Positions 11,102-22,025 of a DNA stretch of 64,000 bases are shown piece by piece. Every line of letters begins with the position of its first letter. Within the stretch, counting starts at the first letter, position 1. The translations under genes were made by a program, and so were the position numbers. The stretch is from Histomonas meleagridis 2922-C6/04-290x (Eukaryota > Protista > Parabasalia), in the NCBI GenBank assembly GCA_020184695.1, contig JAANOX010000142.1:248001-312000 (forward strand), given 5' to 3'. The notes beneath the pieces are model-generated. The model searched no databases, was not told where the DNA came from, and saw only the letters and a list, made by a program, of their open reading frames with translations.

Positions 11102-12592
11102 ATGAGCGAGCAATTTACAAAAGTACCATCCCTATCAGGAAGTTCTGAGCTCCCACAACCAGCCACGCTCGCAAGCAACAAAGATTCCAGTAATCGTCGT
11201 CCTTCAAGAGCAACACAAGTAAAATCAGATATAACAAAATTATTCTTAGAACAACATTTTCAAAATGTTTTACGTGAAAGTAGTGAGTGCAAGCAAAGGC
11301 ATCGTCAATTCAAAGAAATTCTTCAACAAAGTGATATGAGCAAAAAAGAGAAAAAGAATCTTGAATCAGAATTTGCACGTGGCGAGTCTAACATAAAACG
11401 CATCCGCCGGCGGAATCTTCGTGTCACACAATTCGAAAAAATTAAGCTTATTGGTCGAGGTGCATTTGGCGATGTTTATGTTGTTCGTGATAAAGAAGAC
11501 AAAGAAATATATGCAATGAAAATACTTCGTAAGAATGAACTCATTGCCAAAGGTCAAATTATCAACACATTAGCCGAAAGAGACTTTTTAACACAATCAG
11601 ATAATCCATGGAGTGTTCAACTCTATTATTCATTTAGCGACTCTCGTAACCTTTACCTTGTTATGGAATTTCTCCCTGGCGGTGATCTTATGAACTTGTT
11701 AATCAAACGTGGAATACTTACCGAAACAGAAACGCGTTTCTTCATTGCAGAAACTCTCCTTGCCATTCACAATGTCCATAAGACTGGTTTCATTCATCGT
11801 GATATCAAACCAGATAATCTTCTTCTAACCACAGATGGACATATCAGACTTACAGATTTCGGACTTTCGACAAAAATGGAACGATATTCGGATCCACTTG
11901 TACAACTTATTGATGAGCTTACAGATGTTATGCAGAATAAAGATGAGCCTTTACAAGAACGTACAACTCGAGAAAAGAAGCGACGTGATCAAGTATGTTC
12001 AACTGTAGGCACACCTGATTACATTGCGCCAGAAGTCCTTTTAAAACATCCATATACGAATAAGGTCGACTTTTGGTCACTTGGCGCGATCATGTACGAA
12101 ATGCTTTTTGGGTCACCCCCATTCCTCGCCGATACAAACCGCGGAACCGCTTTGCGCATCATTCGGTGGAGTGAAGCGCTCAAGTTCCCTAACGTCCCCC
12201 CGGTGTCAAGGGAAGCAATTGACCTTATTAAGAAATTACTGTGTAACCCTGAGGATAGATTAGATTTCGAAGGTATAAAAGCGCACCCCTTCTTTGCTGG
12301 AATTGATTGGGACAATTTAATGAACACACAATCTCCTTGTATCCCTGTCGTAAATAGTAAAATGGATACACAGAACTTCGACGAGTTCGAGGAAAGAATG
12401 GATGACGATAATTGCTTCGGTCAAAATGATGAAGATGAAATAGCTAATTTGGCATTCATGGGATTCCAATTTAATAAGAAAGCAAATAACATGCCGTCAC
12501 AGGAAATGGAAACTATAAAGTCTGGACAGTTTTTACAACAAAAAGCAGAGAAAGAAAAACATAAGCATAAAGATAAGAAGAAGAAGAAATAA
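11102..12592 (+). CDS. NDR/LATS-family AGC Ser/Thr kinase
   Basis: GRGAFG, YAMK, HRDIKPDN, DFGLS, STVGTPDYIAPE; N-terminal Mob-binding region (ESNIKRIRRR); hydrophobic motif FMGF. ATG 11102 (track uses TTG 11093). Confidence 0.92.
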   Translation: MSEQFTKVPSLSGSSELPQPATLASNKDSSNRRPSRATQVKSDITKLFLEQHFQNVLRESSECKQRHRQFKEILQQSDMSKKEKKNLESEFARGESNIKRIRRRNLRVTQFEKIKLIGRGAFGDVYVVRDKEDKEIYAMKILRKNELIAKGQIINTLAERDFLTQSDNPWSVQLYYSFSDSRNLYLVMEFLPGGDLMNLLIKRGILTETETRFFIAETLLAIHNVHKTGFIHRDIKPDNLLLTTDGHIRLTDFGLSTKMERYSDPLVQLIDELTDVMQNKDEPLQERTTREKKRRDQVCSTVGTPDYIAPEVLLKHPYTNKVDFWSLGAIMYEMLFGSPPFLADTNRGTALRIIRWSEALKFPNVPPVSREAIDLIKKLLCNPEDRLDFEGIKAHPFFAGIDWDNLMNTQSPCIPVVNSKMDTQNFDEFEERMDDDNCFGQNDEDEIANLAFMGFQFNKKANNMPSQEMETIKSGQFLQQKAEKEKHKHKDKKKKK

Positions 12593-12736
12593 GTTTATAT
12601 ATAAAAAATGAAATGTCGAACTTAATGTTATTCTTTTGATTTGAGTGATAAAATATTAAATGGTAATGCATATGAAAATCATTGTTTGATTAGAATAAAA
12701 TTTTGGAAAAGTATATTAATGAAAATACGTGTTTAT

Positions 12737-12916
12737 TTAGTTTTGTTTGTCTTCCTTTTTCTTGTTTAAGCCTGCCTTGGCACGTTTGACATTACGAAGG
12801 AATTTGCTGTTCATACCCTTTGTGAACCAAAGTTGAACATTTCTAGCCTTTTTGATACCATTGCGGTGCCATTGGTGGCTTCTGTTATGTGCAGATGTGT
12901 TACTTCTTTTGGCCAT
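12737..12916 (-). CDS. RPL29: 60S ribosomal protein L29 (eL29), 59 aa, below the ORF-track cutoff
   Basis: Manual translation MAKRSNTSAHNRSHQWHRNGIKKARNVQLWFTKGMNSKFLRNVKRAKAGLNKKKEDKQN matches the eL29 signature (WHRNGIKK, KFLRN). Confidence 0.92.
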   Translation of the reverse strand: MAKRSNTSAHNRSHQWHRNGIKKARNVQLWFTKGMNSKFLRNVKRAKAGLNKKKEDKQN

Positions 12917-13317
12917 TTGAATGTGGCTGTCAAAACCGTTTAGTCTTTTGTTTCTTGATTGAAGCCGTTTTTCGTATTCATTTTTCTTAAAGATAACCGT
13001 TTTGCAGGTTGGCTCCTTTGTTATAAGGTTGAGTTATAGCTTTGTTAAAATGGAAATATATTTTAATAAGAGAAACTTTAAAGAAAAAGAAAAATTTAAT
13101 AAACAAAAAATTATGGTTTCATATATATTTAGCAAAAATGAATATTTGATTTCAATTAATTGTAACTTATCGATGTTTATCATAACAAAGTCTTATCCTA
13201 TGTAAATAATTTGTTAAAGAAATGATTGTATTTATTTCTGTCTTGTTTAACACTCGATTTTTTGGAAATGAGCTTAAACGGTCGATTAATCCGCCAATCC
13301 AAATCCCTTGTCTGTGA

Positions 13318-16300
13318 ATGTCCTTAATTAATGCTCAAAAGGCAGCAGCAAATGCTTCTGTCTTACCAAATTTTATCCAAGATTTAATTCCATCTGAACA
13401 AAATGATTGGAAATCACAAATTTTTGATAAATTGCCAAAAGCAATAAAATCAAAATCAGACGTTGCAATTGACTTTTGGTTTAATATTGTTGATACGTAT
13501 GCATCATTTTCATTTTTTACATTTACAGAATCTGAAATAGAACACCTTGCAAAAATTCTCTTAGATTTCATTTTTTCAACAAATGACCTCAATCTCATGT
13601 CTCTGGCATGTAATCTTTTCAATTCTATTATAGATTTCCGTAAAATGCATCTTAACTTATCAATCAATTGGAGGACAGTTTACAATTTATTTTATGAAAT
13701 TTTCATATCTCACTCAAAAGTTAAAATGAAGAAATATTCATCTAAGTTTAAGATGTCGTTTTTAAATTTTATTAAAACATCACGACATTATTTTACAGAA
13801 GAATCGACCTCTGAAATGTTCCATGAATGGGAAAAAATGTATAACCCACAAGAAACACGTTTTGTTTTAGGCCAATGCTTGTTTTTATTATTTGTTCCTC
13901 TTCAACATGGGCAACATCAAATTTGGCTCAATTTGTTCATTGAATTGTGGACACTTTTTCAAAGCGAACTCATTGATTTTCAATATTTTTCAATGTTATC
14001 GCGTCTATCGTTCTACAATTTCAATGATGTTCCATGGGATTTTATTCTTCCATTTATGTTTAATAAAATTGCAAATTACATTAGTGCACCTGAATCATTA
14101 GTTGAAGCTAAACCAGGAGAATTAACGTGTTATCATGCTGATTCATATTTATTTTTCTTTGATGATTTTCTTTCATTATCATGTTTATTTACTTCATTTT
14201 GCGAAATTATTGTAACACTTTTAACAAGTAATTTTAAAGTTTTAACAAAGCAATATATAGAAAGATTAATTTATTTAATAAAACCAAAATGTTCAATAGT
14301 CTCAAATTCAGCCGATGATAGAGAAGCGCCTATCGCTTTATTAAACATATTAATAAAACAATTTTCTAAAAAAGTCAAATTAGGAAAGAATACAACTAAT
14401 TTATTAACACAAGAAGATAATGAATGGTTTGTTCAATTGCTTTTACCTTTAGTTTTAATGGAGCAATATAAAGAAGAACAAGAAATCCAAGAAATTAATA
14501 TATTTGTTCAACTTTCACCTGAAATTACTATTTTTCCACTTCTTAATGCTATAAAAAGTTCATTACAATTTCCACATCTAAAACTTGCTGCGTATGCTTC
14601 ATTAGAAGGATTAATTCCAACTATTTGTAGTACAAATATTTGTATTGATGAATTATGGGAAACGTTTCAAAATAATGTAATTGATGATATTAGTTATTTA
14701 GACGGCGATAAAACATTAGAAGTTTTTACTGCTATTAATCTTTTATTAAATTTAAGTACATTTGGTAATGAAAGAGAAGAATTCATTATTACATTGATGG
14801 AAAAAATTATTGGGTTTTGTGAAAAAACACCTGAAAATGATTTAAAGAATAAATCTCAAATTATTGTATCAATTATATATGACATTATTAGATCATCCAC
14901 TAAAGAAATTACTAAGAAAATTTCATCAATTTTCCAGAAACATTATCAAAATTTACCAGCACATTTAATGTTTATAATTGTTGGATTCGAAAAATATTCA
15001 ATTCCATTTTTTTCAGAAATTAGTTTTAATGCAAATGATATTAAATCATATTATGTTTTAATGTATCTAGTTAAACGAAATAAAAATTTTTTCATTGATA
15101 ATTTCGAGCAAATTAAAGATGTTTTAATAAATGGATTAAAAGATAAAAATAAAAAAATTCGAAATTCTGTAATAAGATCAATTAAAAATGGAATAAAAAA
15201 TCTACTTTATACTAAGCCAATATTCCCTAAACAAAGAGGAAACTTAAATATAAATGATATAAAAATCGAGTGGCATGTACAATCTGAAGAAATTATTGAT
15301 TTTGTTTCACAAGTATTTGATTTCTTCATACAGAAATTAAAAGAATTATTTGATGATGAACTTCGTGAAATTCAAGTAGTTGCATGTAAATTGGCACGTA
15401 ATTTTGTGAAAATTCTTTTAGTTGTAGTTTCAACTGAAGATATTGGTTGTGAATATGAATCTGAATTATTAATTGCGCCAAAACTTACAAAGAAAACATT
15501 TCCACAATTATCAAAATATTTAATTGAAATTACAAATTTCATTTTGGAAAAATTAGAATCTAATAACTATCATAGAATAATAATACAAAGAATTTTAAGC
15601 ATTTGCTCAATGATTGTCGAAGGACGTGGTTCAATTGTTGTTAATATGCCAATTATTACAAATCAATACACAATAATGAAAGAATTATCAAATTTATCTG
15701 TTTTAAATGATTTTTCAAATGCATTTAATCCACAAATTCTTTATTATAAAGCTTTATATGTTTATGGAATTAGAGAATCATCGTCTCAAATATATTTAAC
15801 AGGTTTAACTAAAAATATAGTACCAAGAATTATCGAGTTTGCAACACATCAATATTCACAAATTAGAGAAGAAGCAGTGTCACTTTTCCAAACTGCGCTG
15901 TCACTTTTCCATAAACAATTCTTTGGCTTATTGAAAGAAAAGTGCCAGCTCCTTTCTTCAGAAGAAAATGATTTTGAAAAAATTTCTGGTCTTTGTTATC
16001 TTGCATGTTCAATACCAAATCTTGATGTTAACCTTCAAATGTATGAACTTTTAGTTAATGTTTCGATAAGTGTTTGTAAACAATTTTCAAAAGAAGTTCC
16101 TGAAAACACAGCACAACAATTAACACAAGCAATTCTTCTTTTTTTCGATCAATTAGATCCTCGAGATCCACGATTACCATCTGAAGAAACATATAAAATT
16201 CGACTTTATCTTGCGAAAGAAGCAATTTCAAGATATCATAAATATCCAGCCCATGATGTACAAAGTTATGCAGTAGCTTTAGTATGTTCATCATTTATTG

Positions 16301-18117
16301 GAAAGAATCCATTAATTGATAGTTCGATATATTCATTTATTTTATCAATTTTAACAACTGATGACATATCAATTCGTGATTTAATTGTACAAATTTTTCC
16401 TTTAATGTTAGAAATTTTAATTCCGCGTGAAATTAGGCCATTAAAATCAAAGGTTACTGAAGTTATAAATGATAATTATGATTTTGCTGAGTTTATTGAT
16501 CGACCATTTCCAAAACAATGCAAAAAACAGCCTCATTTTTTCACAAGAGAAGAATTTGAAAACGGTTCAATGGTCTCTCAATATTTCAATGACGATATCG
16601 ACGAACGTTTAAAAATTCACAACTTAATTTTCACTTCACTTGTCGATGATGTTTCTTTAATTAAAACCTTTATTTTAAATCTTGTAAATGCACAAATTCA
16701 TAAAGAAGAAAGTTTTTCCAAATTACGTGTAGTATTTTGGAGATCTTTATTTCGATTTTTAGGAATTGATTTAATTAAAAAAATATTTCCAATTATTACC
16801 GAATTAATTGGAATATCATCAACAACAGCACAACAAGTTATAGCAGCTGAAATTTTTGCTGGTGTTTTACGCTCGTTAAAAAGTCGAAGTATTAAATTTA
16901 TTACCAAATGTTGCGAATATATTTTTCCATTTGTTTCGGAAATATTATATAATGTTGATCGAGAATTTCATTCCATTTGGCTCATTTCATTTTCAGCTTC
17001 ATTAACCGAATTTGATCCACGACGTTTTACATTTTTGTTTGAATATTTTCTTCAATGTATTTCTAACGAAGATATTTCTAAATCGGAAAAAGTCATTATA
17101 TTAATAACTGATATATTTACAGATGTTGGATATAAAATCCCATATTTAAAGCCGAAATTTATATCTTCATTTAAAGAAATAATGTCACCAAATCATGAAG
17201 AATTAAATCAAACAAAAGATTCAACGATTTTTGCTTTTATTTCATTGATGAATCTTTTTTATGATGATCAAACGCGTGGAAATGAAATAAATGCAAAAGA
17301 TATTCTTGAATCATTAATATCGAATAAATCAACTAAATTTAAAATTAGATGGTTATCATTATTAGCTAAAATGCAAGATTTATCAACATTAGTAATTGGT
17401 GGATATCTTTTTGATAATTTTAAGAATTATTGTGAATTTATTGTTAACAAAAATGATGATGAACAACTTCTTCGAGTTTCATTATTTTCTTTGATTAGTT
17501 CTAATTGGATTGGTTCATTATGTATAACGCCATTAAATATTGAGCGAATAAATGAAATTATAAATAAAATGTTAATAAATCTTCTCCAAAATTTAACAAA
17601 TGTTCATTGGCAAGTTCAATCAATACAATTAATATTAAGTGAATCTTTCATTTCTTCTTTAATTTTCTATGTAAACGAAACATTATTTATAGAAATTATT
17701 GATAAATATATAATTCCATCATTAAAACATAACCATTCTGAAGTGCAAGAAAGTGCTTCACATCTTTTAACATTTATAGTAAAAACTTCATTTAATTTAC
17801 AAGAAAAACTTCCCGAATATATCGAATTGTTTAAGAATATGTTGTTCGATAAGGAATCATTAAGTAATCGAATAGCTGGTGCTAAAGCTATAAGTGCTAT
17901 AATTATGGGAACTATAATATTTGATGAAGTACAACAATTTGTTGTTGACGGATTTTCTGCTTTAATAGATGCGTTAGAAATAGATTCATCACTTGAAACT
18001 ATAATTAATACGTTTTTGTCTGATTTTTGGGAATTACATGATAGTAATTTGATGAAAGGAGTGGCTGAAGTGTTGGCTCCGTTTCATTCTTCATTAAAGC
18101 CTAGTTATTTCTGCTAA
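13318..18117 (+). CDS. PSME4: proteasome activator PA200/Blm10-like (PSME4)
   Basis: 1599-aa HEAT-like protein; WRTVYNLF..RHYF N-terminal region; C-terminal domain ending FWELHD...PFHSSLKPSYFC, resembling the PA200/Blm10 C-terminus (..SYYA). Confidence 0.8.
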   Translation: MSLINAQKAAANASVLPNFIQDLIPSEQNDWKSQIFDKLPKAIKSKSDVAIDFWFNIVDTYASFSFFTFTESEIEHLAKILLDFIFSTNDLNLMSLACNLFNSIIDFRKMHLNLSINWRTVYNLFYEIFISHSKVKMKKYSSKFKMSFLNFIKTSRHYFTEESTSEMFHEWEKMYNPQETRFVLGQCLFLLFVPLQHGQHQIWLNLFIELWTLFQSELIDFQYFSMLSRLSFYNFNDVPWDFILPFMFNKIANYISAPESLVEAKPGELTCYHADSYLFFFDDFLSLSCLFTSFCEIIVTLLTSNFKVLTKQYIERLIYLIKPKCSIVSNSADDREAPIALLNILIKQFSKKVKLGKNTTNLLTQEDNEWFVQLLLPLVLMEQYKEEQEIQEINIFVQLSPEITIFPLLNAIKSSLQFPHLKLAAYASLEGLIPTICSTNICIDELWETFQNNVIDDISYLDGDKTLEVFTAINLLLNLSTFGNEREEFIITLMEKIIGFCEKTPENDLKNKSQIIVSIIYDIIRSSTKEITKKISSIFQKHYQNLPAHLMFIIVGFEKYSIPFFSEISFNANDIKSYYVLMYLVKRNKNFFIDNFEQIKDVLINGLKDKNKKIRNSVIRSIKNGIKNLLYTKPIFPKQRGNLNINDIKIEWHVQSEEIIDFVSQVFDFFIQKLKELFDDELREIQVVACKLARNFVKILLVVVSTEDIGCEYESELLIAPKLTKKTFPQLSKYLIEITNFILEKLESNNYHRIIIQRILSICSMIVEGRGSIVVNMPIITNQYTIMKELSNLSVLNDFSNAFNPQILYYKALYVYGIRESSSQIYLTGLTKNIVPRIIEFATHQYSQIREEAVSLFQTALSLFHKQFFGLLKEKCQLLSSEENDFEKISGLCYLACSIPNLDVNLQMYELLVNVSISVCKQFSKEVPENTAQQLTQAILLFFDQLDPRDPRLPSEETYKIRLYLAKEAISRYHKYPAHDVQSYAVALVCSSFIGKNPLIDSSIYSFILSILTTDDISIRDLIVQIFPLMLEILIPREIRPLKSKVTEVINDNYDFAEFIDRPFPKQCKKQPHFFTREEFENGSMVSQYFNDDIDERLKIHNLIFTSLVDDVSLIKTFILNLVNAQIHKEESFSKLRVVFWRSLFRFLGIDLIKKIFPIITELIGISSTTAQQVIAAEIFAGVLRSLKSRSIKFITKCCEYIFPFVSEILYNVDREFHSIWLISFSASLTEFDPRRFTFLFEYFLQCISNEDISKSEKVIILITDIFTDVGYKIPYLKPKFISSFKEIMSPNHEELNQTKDSTIFAFISLMNLFYDDQTRGNEINAKDILESLISNKSTKFKIRWLSLLAKMQDLSTLVIGGYLFDNFKNYCEFIVNKNDDEQLLRVSLFSLISSNWIGSLCITPLNIERINEIINKMLINLLQNLTNVHWQVQSIQLILSESFISSLIFYVNETLFIEIIDKYIIPSLKHNHSEVQESASHLLTFIVKTSFNLQEKLPEYIELFKNMLFDKESLSNRIAGAKAISAIIMGTIIFDEVQQFVVDGFSALIDALEIDSSLETIINTFLSDFWELHDSNLMKGVAEVLAPFHSSLKPSYFC

Positions 18118-18345
18118 AATTTTATATATAAATAAATAAAAAAATATATAAATACTTTGAATTTAAAAGTGAGTTAATAATATTTGTTCTACGTGGCAAG
18201 ATATATATAAAATATATTAAATTTATATGATAATAAAGAAAATAATATAATTTGTTCTGAAATTATAAAAATTTGAATAAAAATGTGGTATTAAGATTTT
18301 TTACAAAATTTATTGGCATTAAATTATAAGTAATAAGATATTAAA

Positions 18346-20067
18346 ATGTTGATGATACAATTTTTGCTTGTTCATATCTCAGCAGAAGAATTTAAATTAA
18401 ATTATAAATATGATGAAAAAATTCTTAGAATAAATAATATATCATGGACTAACTTAGGATGTAATTATTATTATGAAGTATTCAAGAAAAAAAATAATTT
18501 CTGGAGTGAAATAAAAGGATATAGGTATGAAAAAATATATGTATTAAATATTGTTCCCTTAACTAGAGATGGTATAAATATTGATAAAAATGATAAATCG
18601 AATTATCTAAAAATATTTATGGAAGGAGGAAAAATAAAAGAGAACGGAAAACATAAGTTAATTAAACCAATGGGAAAAGATAAATTAAGTGATGAAATGT
18701 TATTACATGTTACAACAATATCATTAGATTATTTTGAAAAAAATCCTAGAATTATATTTAATTTTTCTGTAACTGTTTTTGCAAAATGGACAAATGATGA
18801 ATGGCATCAATTAAAATATCAACAATCATGTGATACTATATTAGAATATATTGATGCTGGATATGGTTTACTTCTTGGACATAATGTACTAAAAGAAGTT
18901 TTTCTTTCTAAACTTGTAAACAATGAAATTTATGAAAAGTTTGGGTTAGATTATTCAAATCAATCTCCTACATTAGCTACATATAAAGTTTTTCCAATTC
19001 AAAGAAATTCATTAATTATGAAATATCCTCATAACATTAATCACCCTTTAAGTATTCCTCCTGCACTTTCAACAGGTTTTTCTCATTTAGCAAACATATG
19101 GTTTTCAGTTTTACCAGAAACTCATTTTCAAAGAAGTAGTTTTTATCTTGCAACACATGATAATGTGGGAATAATACAAACAGGAAAAGCAGAATATTTA
19201 AATTATAACGAAGCAAAGATAATAGCAAACACAATATATTACTTAAGTAAAAGGGAAAATTTTTATATTGATAGATTTGTTGTCAATGAACCAGAAATTC
19301 TTTATAATGTTGATACTATAAATCGAATTATAAGTTGGAAAGTAAAAAATGATCATTCATATTTATTTAAAGTAATTGCGAGAAGAAAAGATACCAATGA
19401 AATTACCCATACGATCCAACAAGATTTTTCATCAAATCACAAAGAATATTATTGTTTCTTTATAAGTCCTGCTCAATATCCACGATATGAAAAATTTTGT
19501 TATTATGATAGATTTATTACAAATTTAAAAAAATTTTCATACCTTGAAAAAAATATTGGGATGTATGCCCATATTTATCCAATAAATACATTTAACAAGA
19601 CAAAAACTGGATATCACGTTTATTTACATGGAAATCCTGAAATAAACCAAAGTAAATCGACTCTAAATTCTTCTTATTTGACACAAAACACATCTTTAGA
19701 ATATCAAAACTTTTCAGCTAATAACAATCAAAATCTTATCAATATTCAAACGAAAATATCTCAAAAAAAATCAAACAAAACATTAGATATACCATATATC
19801 AAACCAATGAATTTTATTCAGAATTCTGGTGATACAAAACTTCCAACTATTCCATCATATGCTATAATTTTTTCGTTATTGAGTATCGTTATCATAACTA
19901 TTTTAATCATTACAATATTTAAGAGCAAATCGAAGGAAATTTCGCAATTAGAAGAAAGTGTAGAAACATTCCATAGTCAGGGAGAAGTTATTACATTTCA
20001 AAATCCTCTTTTTAATCTTCAAGATGACCCTTTTGAAGATGATTTCTTGAACAGTGAAGAAGGATAA
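18346..20067 (+). CDS. type I surface membrane protein with parabasalid-type cytosolic tail
   Basis: Short N-terminal hydrophobic leader; TM segment (AIIFSLLSIVIITILIITIF); tail NPLF..DDPFEDDF. Confidence 0.75.
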   Translation: MLMIQFLLVHISAEEFKLNYKYDEKILRINNISWTNLGCNYYYEVFKKKNNFWSEIKGYRYEKIYVLNIVPLTRDGINIDKNDKSNYLKIFMEGGKIKENGKHKLIKPMGKDKLSDEMLLHVTTISLDYFEKNPRIIFNFSVTVFAKWTNDEWHQLKYQQSCDTILEYIDAGYGLLLGHNVLKEVFLSKLVNNEIYEKFGLDYSNQSPTLATYKVFPIQRNSLIMKYPHNINHPLSIPPALSTGFSHLANIWFSVLPETHFQRSSFYLATHDNVGIIQTGKAEYLNYNEAKIIANTIYYLSKRENFYIDRFVVNEPEILYNVDTINRIISWKVKNDHSYLFKVIARRKDTNEITHTIQQDFSSNHKEYYCFFISPAQYPRYEKFCYYDRFITNLKKFSYLEKNIGMYAHIYPINTFNKTKTGYHVYLHGNPEINQSKSTLNSSYLTQNTSLEYQNFSANNNQNLINIQTKISQKKSNKTLDIPYIKPMNFIQNSGDTKLPTIPSYAIIFSLLSIVIITILIITIFKSKSKEISQLEESVETFHSQGEVITFQNPLFNLQDDPFEDDFLNSEEG

Positions 20068-20459
20068 ATAAAATGCATTTTTTCAAAATTGAAATTGTTG
20101 AAATGAATTTCGTTGTATTAGAAATAATTTTTTTTTACATGATATTTATCGACTTTATAAAATAAAATTTATAACTTTTTAATATATAATTTTTCCTTGA
20201 TTTTTAATTTATCAATTACACCTACATATTGATGAATAACATAAAGTGATTGAAAATATACTTTACCATTAAAGAACTGTAAATGTTGTAAAAGAGATTA
20301 TAGTTACCAACAATAATTTTTTTAGATGAAAAAATCATAAATTTGTGAAGAAAATAAAGAGGTCGAAATCTAACGCTACAACGATAGAACTAAGCGGTTT
20401 TTCTGAATTGTTAAGAAAAAGTCGTATCTGCTTTTAACTCAGAAAAAGTGATAAATTGG

Positions 20460-20780
20460 ATGAGCAGAGATGACACCACATCACTAGACAACCAAGAAAT
20501 ATTTCTCGAGGGCGATGATATCCCTTTAATTGACATTGACCAAGGATTTTCAACAACATTCACAGGCTTTGGGAGTTTAGATCCTTTAATCAAACCAGAC
20601 GAATTTCATGCAATTAAAAGATCTGCTTCACAACCAATCCCAGTTGTGAAGATATCCAATAATGAAGCAGATGCTCCTTTTGCACAACTACCAATGGTGA
20701 AATCCTTAATGGATATTTCAAGTATCGAAAATGATCAATCGAACGACCAAACACAGATTATCAGACGCTGGAAGATGTAA
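20460..20780 (+). CDS. small hypothetical protein (~106 aa)
   Basis: ORF with coding-like base composition; ATG 20460; no recognisable domain. Confidence 0.5.
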   Translation: MSRDDTTSLDNQEIFLEGDDIPLIDIDQGFSTTFTGFGSLDPLIKPDEFHAIKRSASQPIPVVKISNNEADAPFAQLPMVKSLMDISSIENDQSNDQTQIIRRWKM

Positions 20781-20905
20781 AAACTGTTTATTAAAATTAA
20801 AATACTAATAAAGATAACAATAAATTTTCACAAAAATTTTTGTGCGGTTAACTGAGCGGCCGTTTAAGGGTAAATTTTGCCCTTCATGGCCGGTCACTTT
20901 GTTTA

Positions 20906-21634
20906 ATGTCACGCCGCACAGCACGCACACAAGAAAAAGTAATCACTGATGCTGACATCAAGAATCAAGACTTCTTATTCACACAAGAAAAGAAGCAAGC
21001 TAAGGTTGTTCCAACAACCAATGTTCGTTTTCCGAAGTATGTTCGCATACAACGTCAACGTCGTATTCTTATGAAACGTCTTAAGGTGCCACCTCCAGTG
21101 AACCACTTTAACCACGCTGTTGACAAAGCAACTGCTGTTCAAATCTTCAAATTCCTTGAAAAATACCGTCCAGAAACCAAAGCAGAAAAGAAACTTCGTC
21201 TTAAGGCTGCAGCTGAGAAGTCAGAGAAGTCACTTGCACCAGCTGATGTATCTGCTAAGAAAGCCCTTTCATATGGAATCAAGGATGTAACATCTCTTGT
21301 TGAAGCAAAGAAGGCCAGCCTCGTTGTCATTGCACACGATGTTGACCCAATCGAAATTGTCATATGGCTTCCAGCCCTTTGTCGCAAACTTGATATTCCA
21401 TATGTTATTGTTAAGTCAAAGGCTCGTCTTGGAAAAGTTGTTGGAATGAAAACGTGCACATGTATTGCCGTTTCTGACGTTCGCCCAGAAGACCGTAAGG
21501 CTCTTTCACAAATCGTTGATTCAGTCAACGCTAACTTCCTTATGAAATATAAGGAAGAAATGCACCATTGGGGCGGTGGTGAGTTAAGCGAGAAGACAAT
21601 TGCAAAGCTTCGCGCTCAGGGTAAGCATGAATAA
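20906..21634 (+). CDS. RPL7A: 60S ribosomal protein L7a (eL8)
   Basis: VRFPKYVRIQRQRRIL, LVVIAHDVDPIE, LPALCRK, HWGGG motifs; TCACT Inr-like element just upstream. Confidence 0.97.
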   Translation: MSRRTARTQEKVITDADIKNQDFLFTQEKKQAKVVPTTNVRFPKYVRIQRQRRILMKRLKVPPPVNHFNHAVDKATAVQIFKFLEKYRPETKAEKKLRLKAAAEKSEKSLAPADVSAKKALSYGIKDVTSLVEAKKASLVVIAHDVDPIEIVIWLPALCRKLDIPYVIVKSKARLGKVVGMKTCTCIAVSDVRPEDRKALSQIVDSVNANFLMKYKEEMHHWGGGELSEKTIAKLRAQGKHE

Positions 21635-22025
21635 ATGCTAATGATCCTGTTTGGAATCTACATATATATTTTTTATTTGTGTGTGTGTTTCTTGTTTTTT
21701 GTTAATAAATCATTTTGCGGTGAATTTCTTTTTTACTGATGTTTCATATGAATGAGTCTCCTCAAAGAATTGGGATCAACAGTTTTCGATTATTTAAGAT
21801 ACAAATTCAAACTTTTTCAGACAGAGCTTAAAGGTGATTTTCATAACAAGTTTAAGAAACTGTCGTCATGCAATGTATGGTGGTAAATCTTATTTTAAGT
21901 TATATAATATTGTAGTTGTAAATGTTCAAGTATTTTAATAATTATTTACCTTAACTATGATACTTATAGAAATTAATTCATGATCTTTTCTAATGAAATT
22001 AAAATCATTAAAAAAATTGAATATC

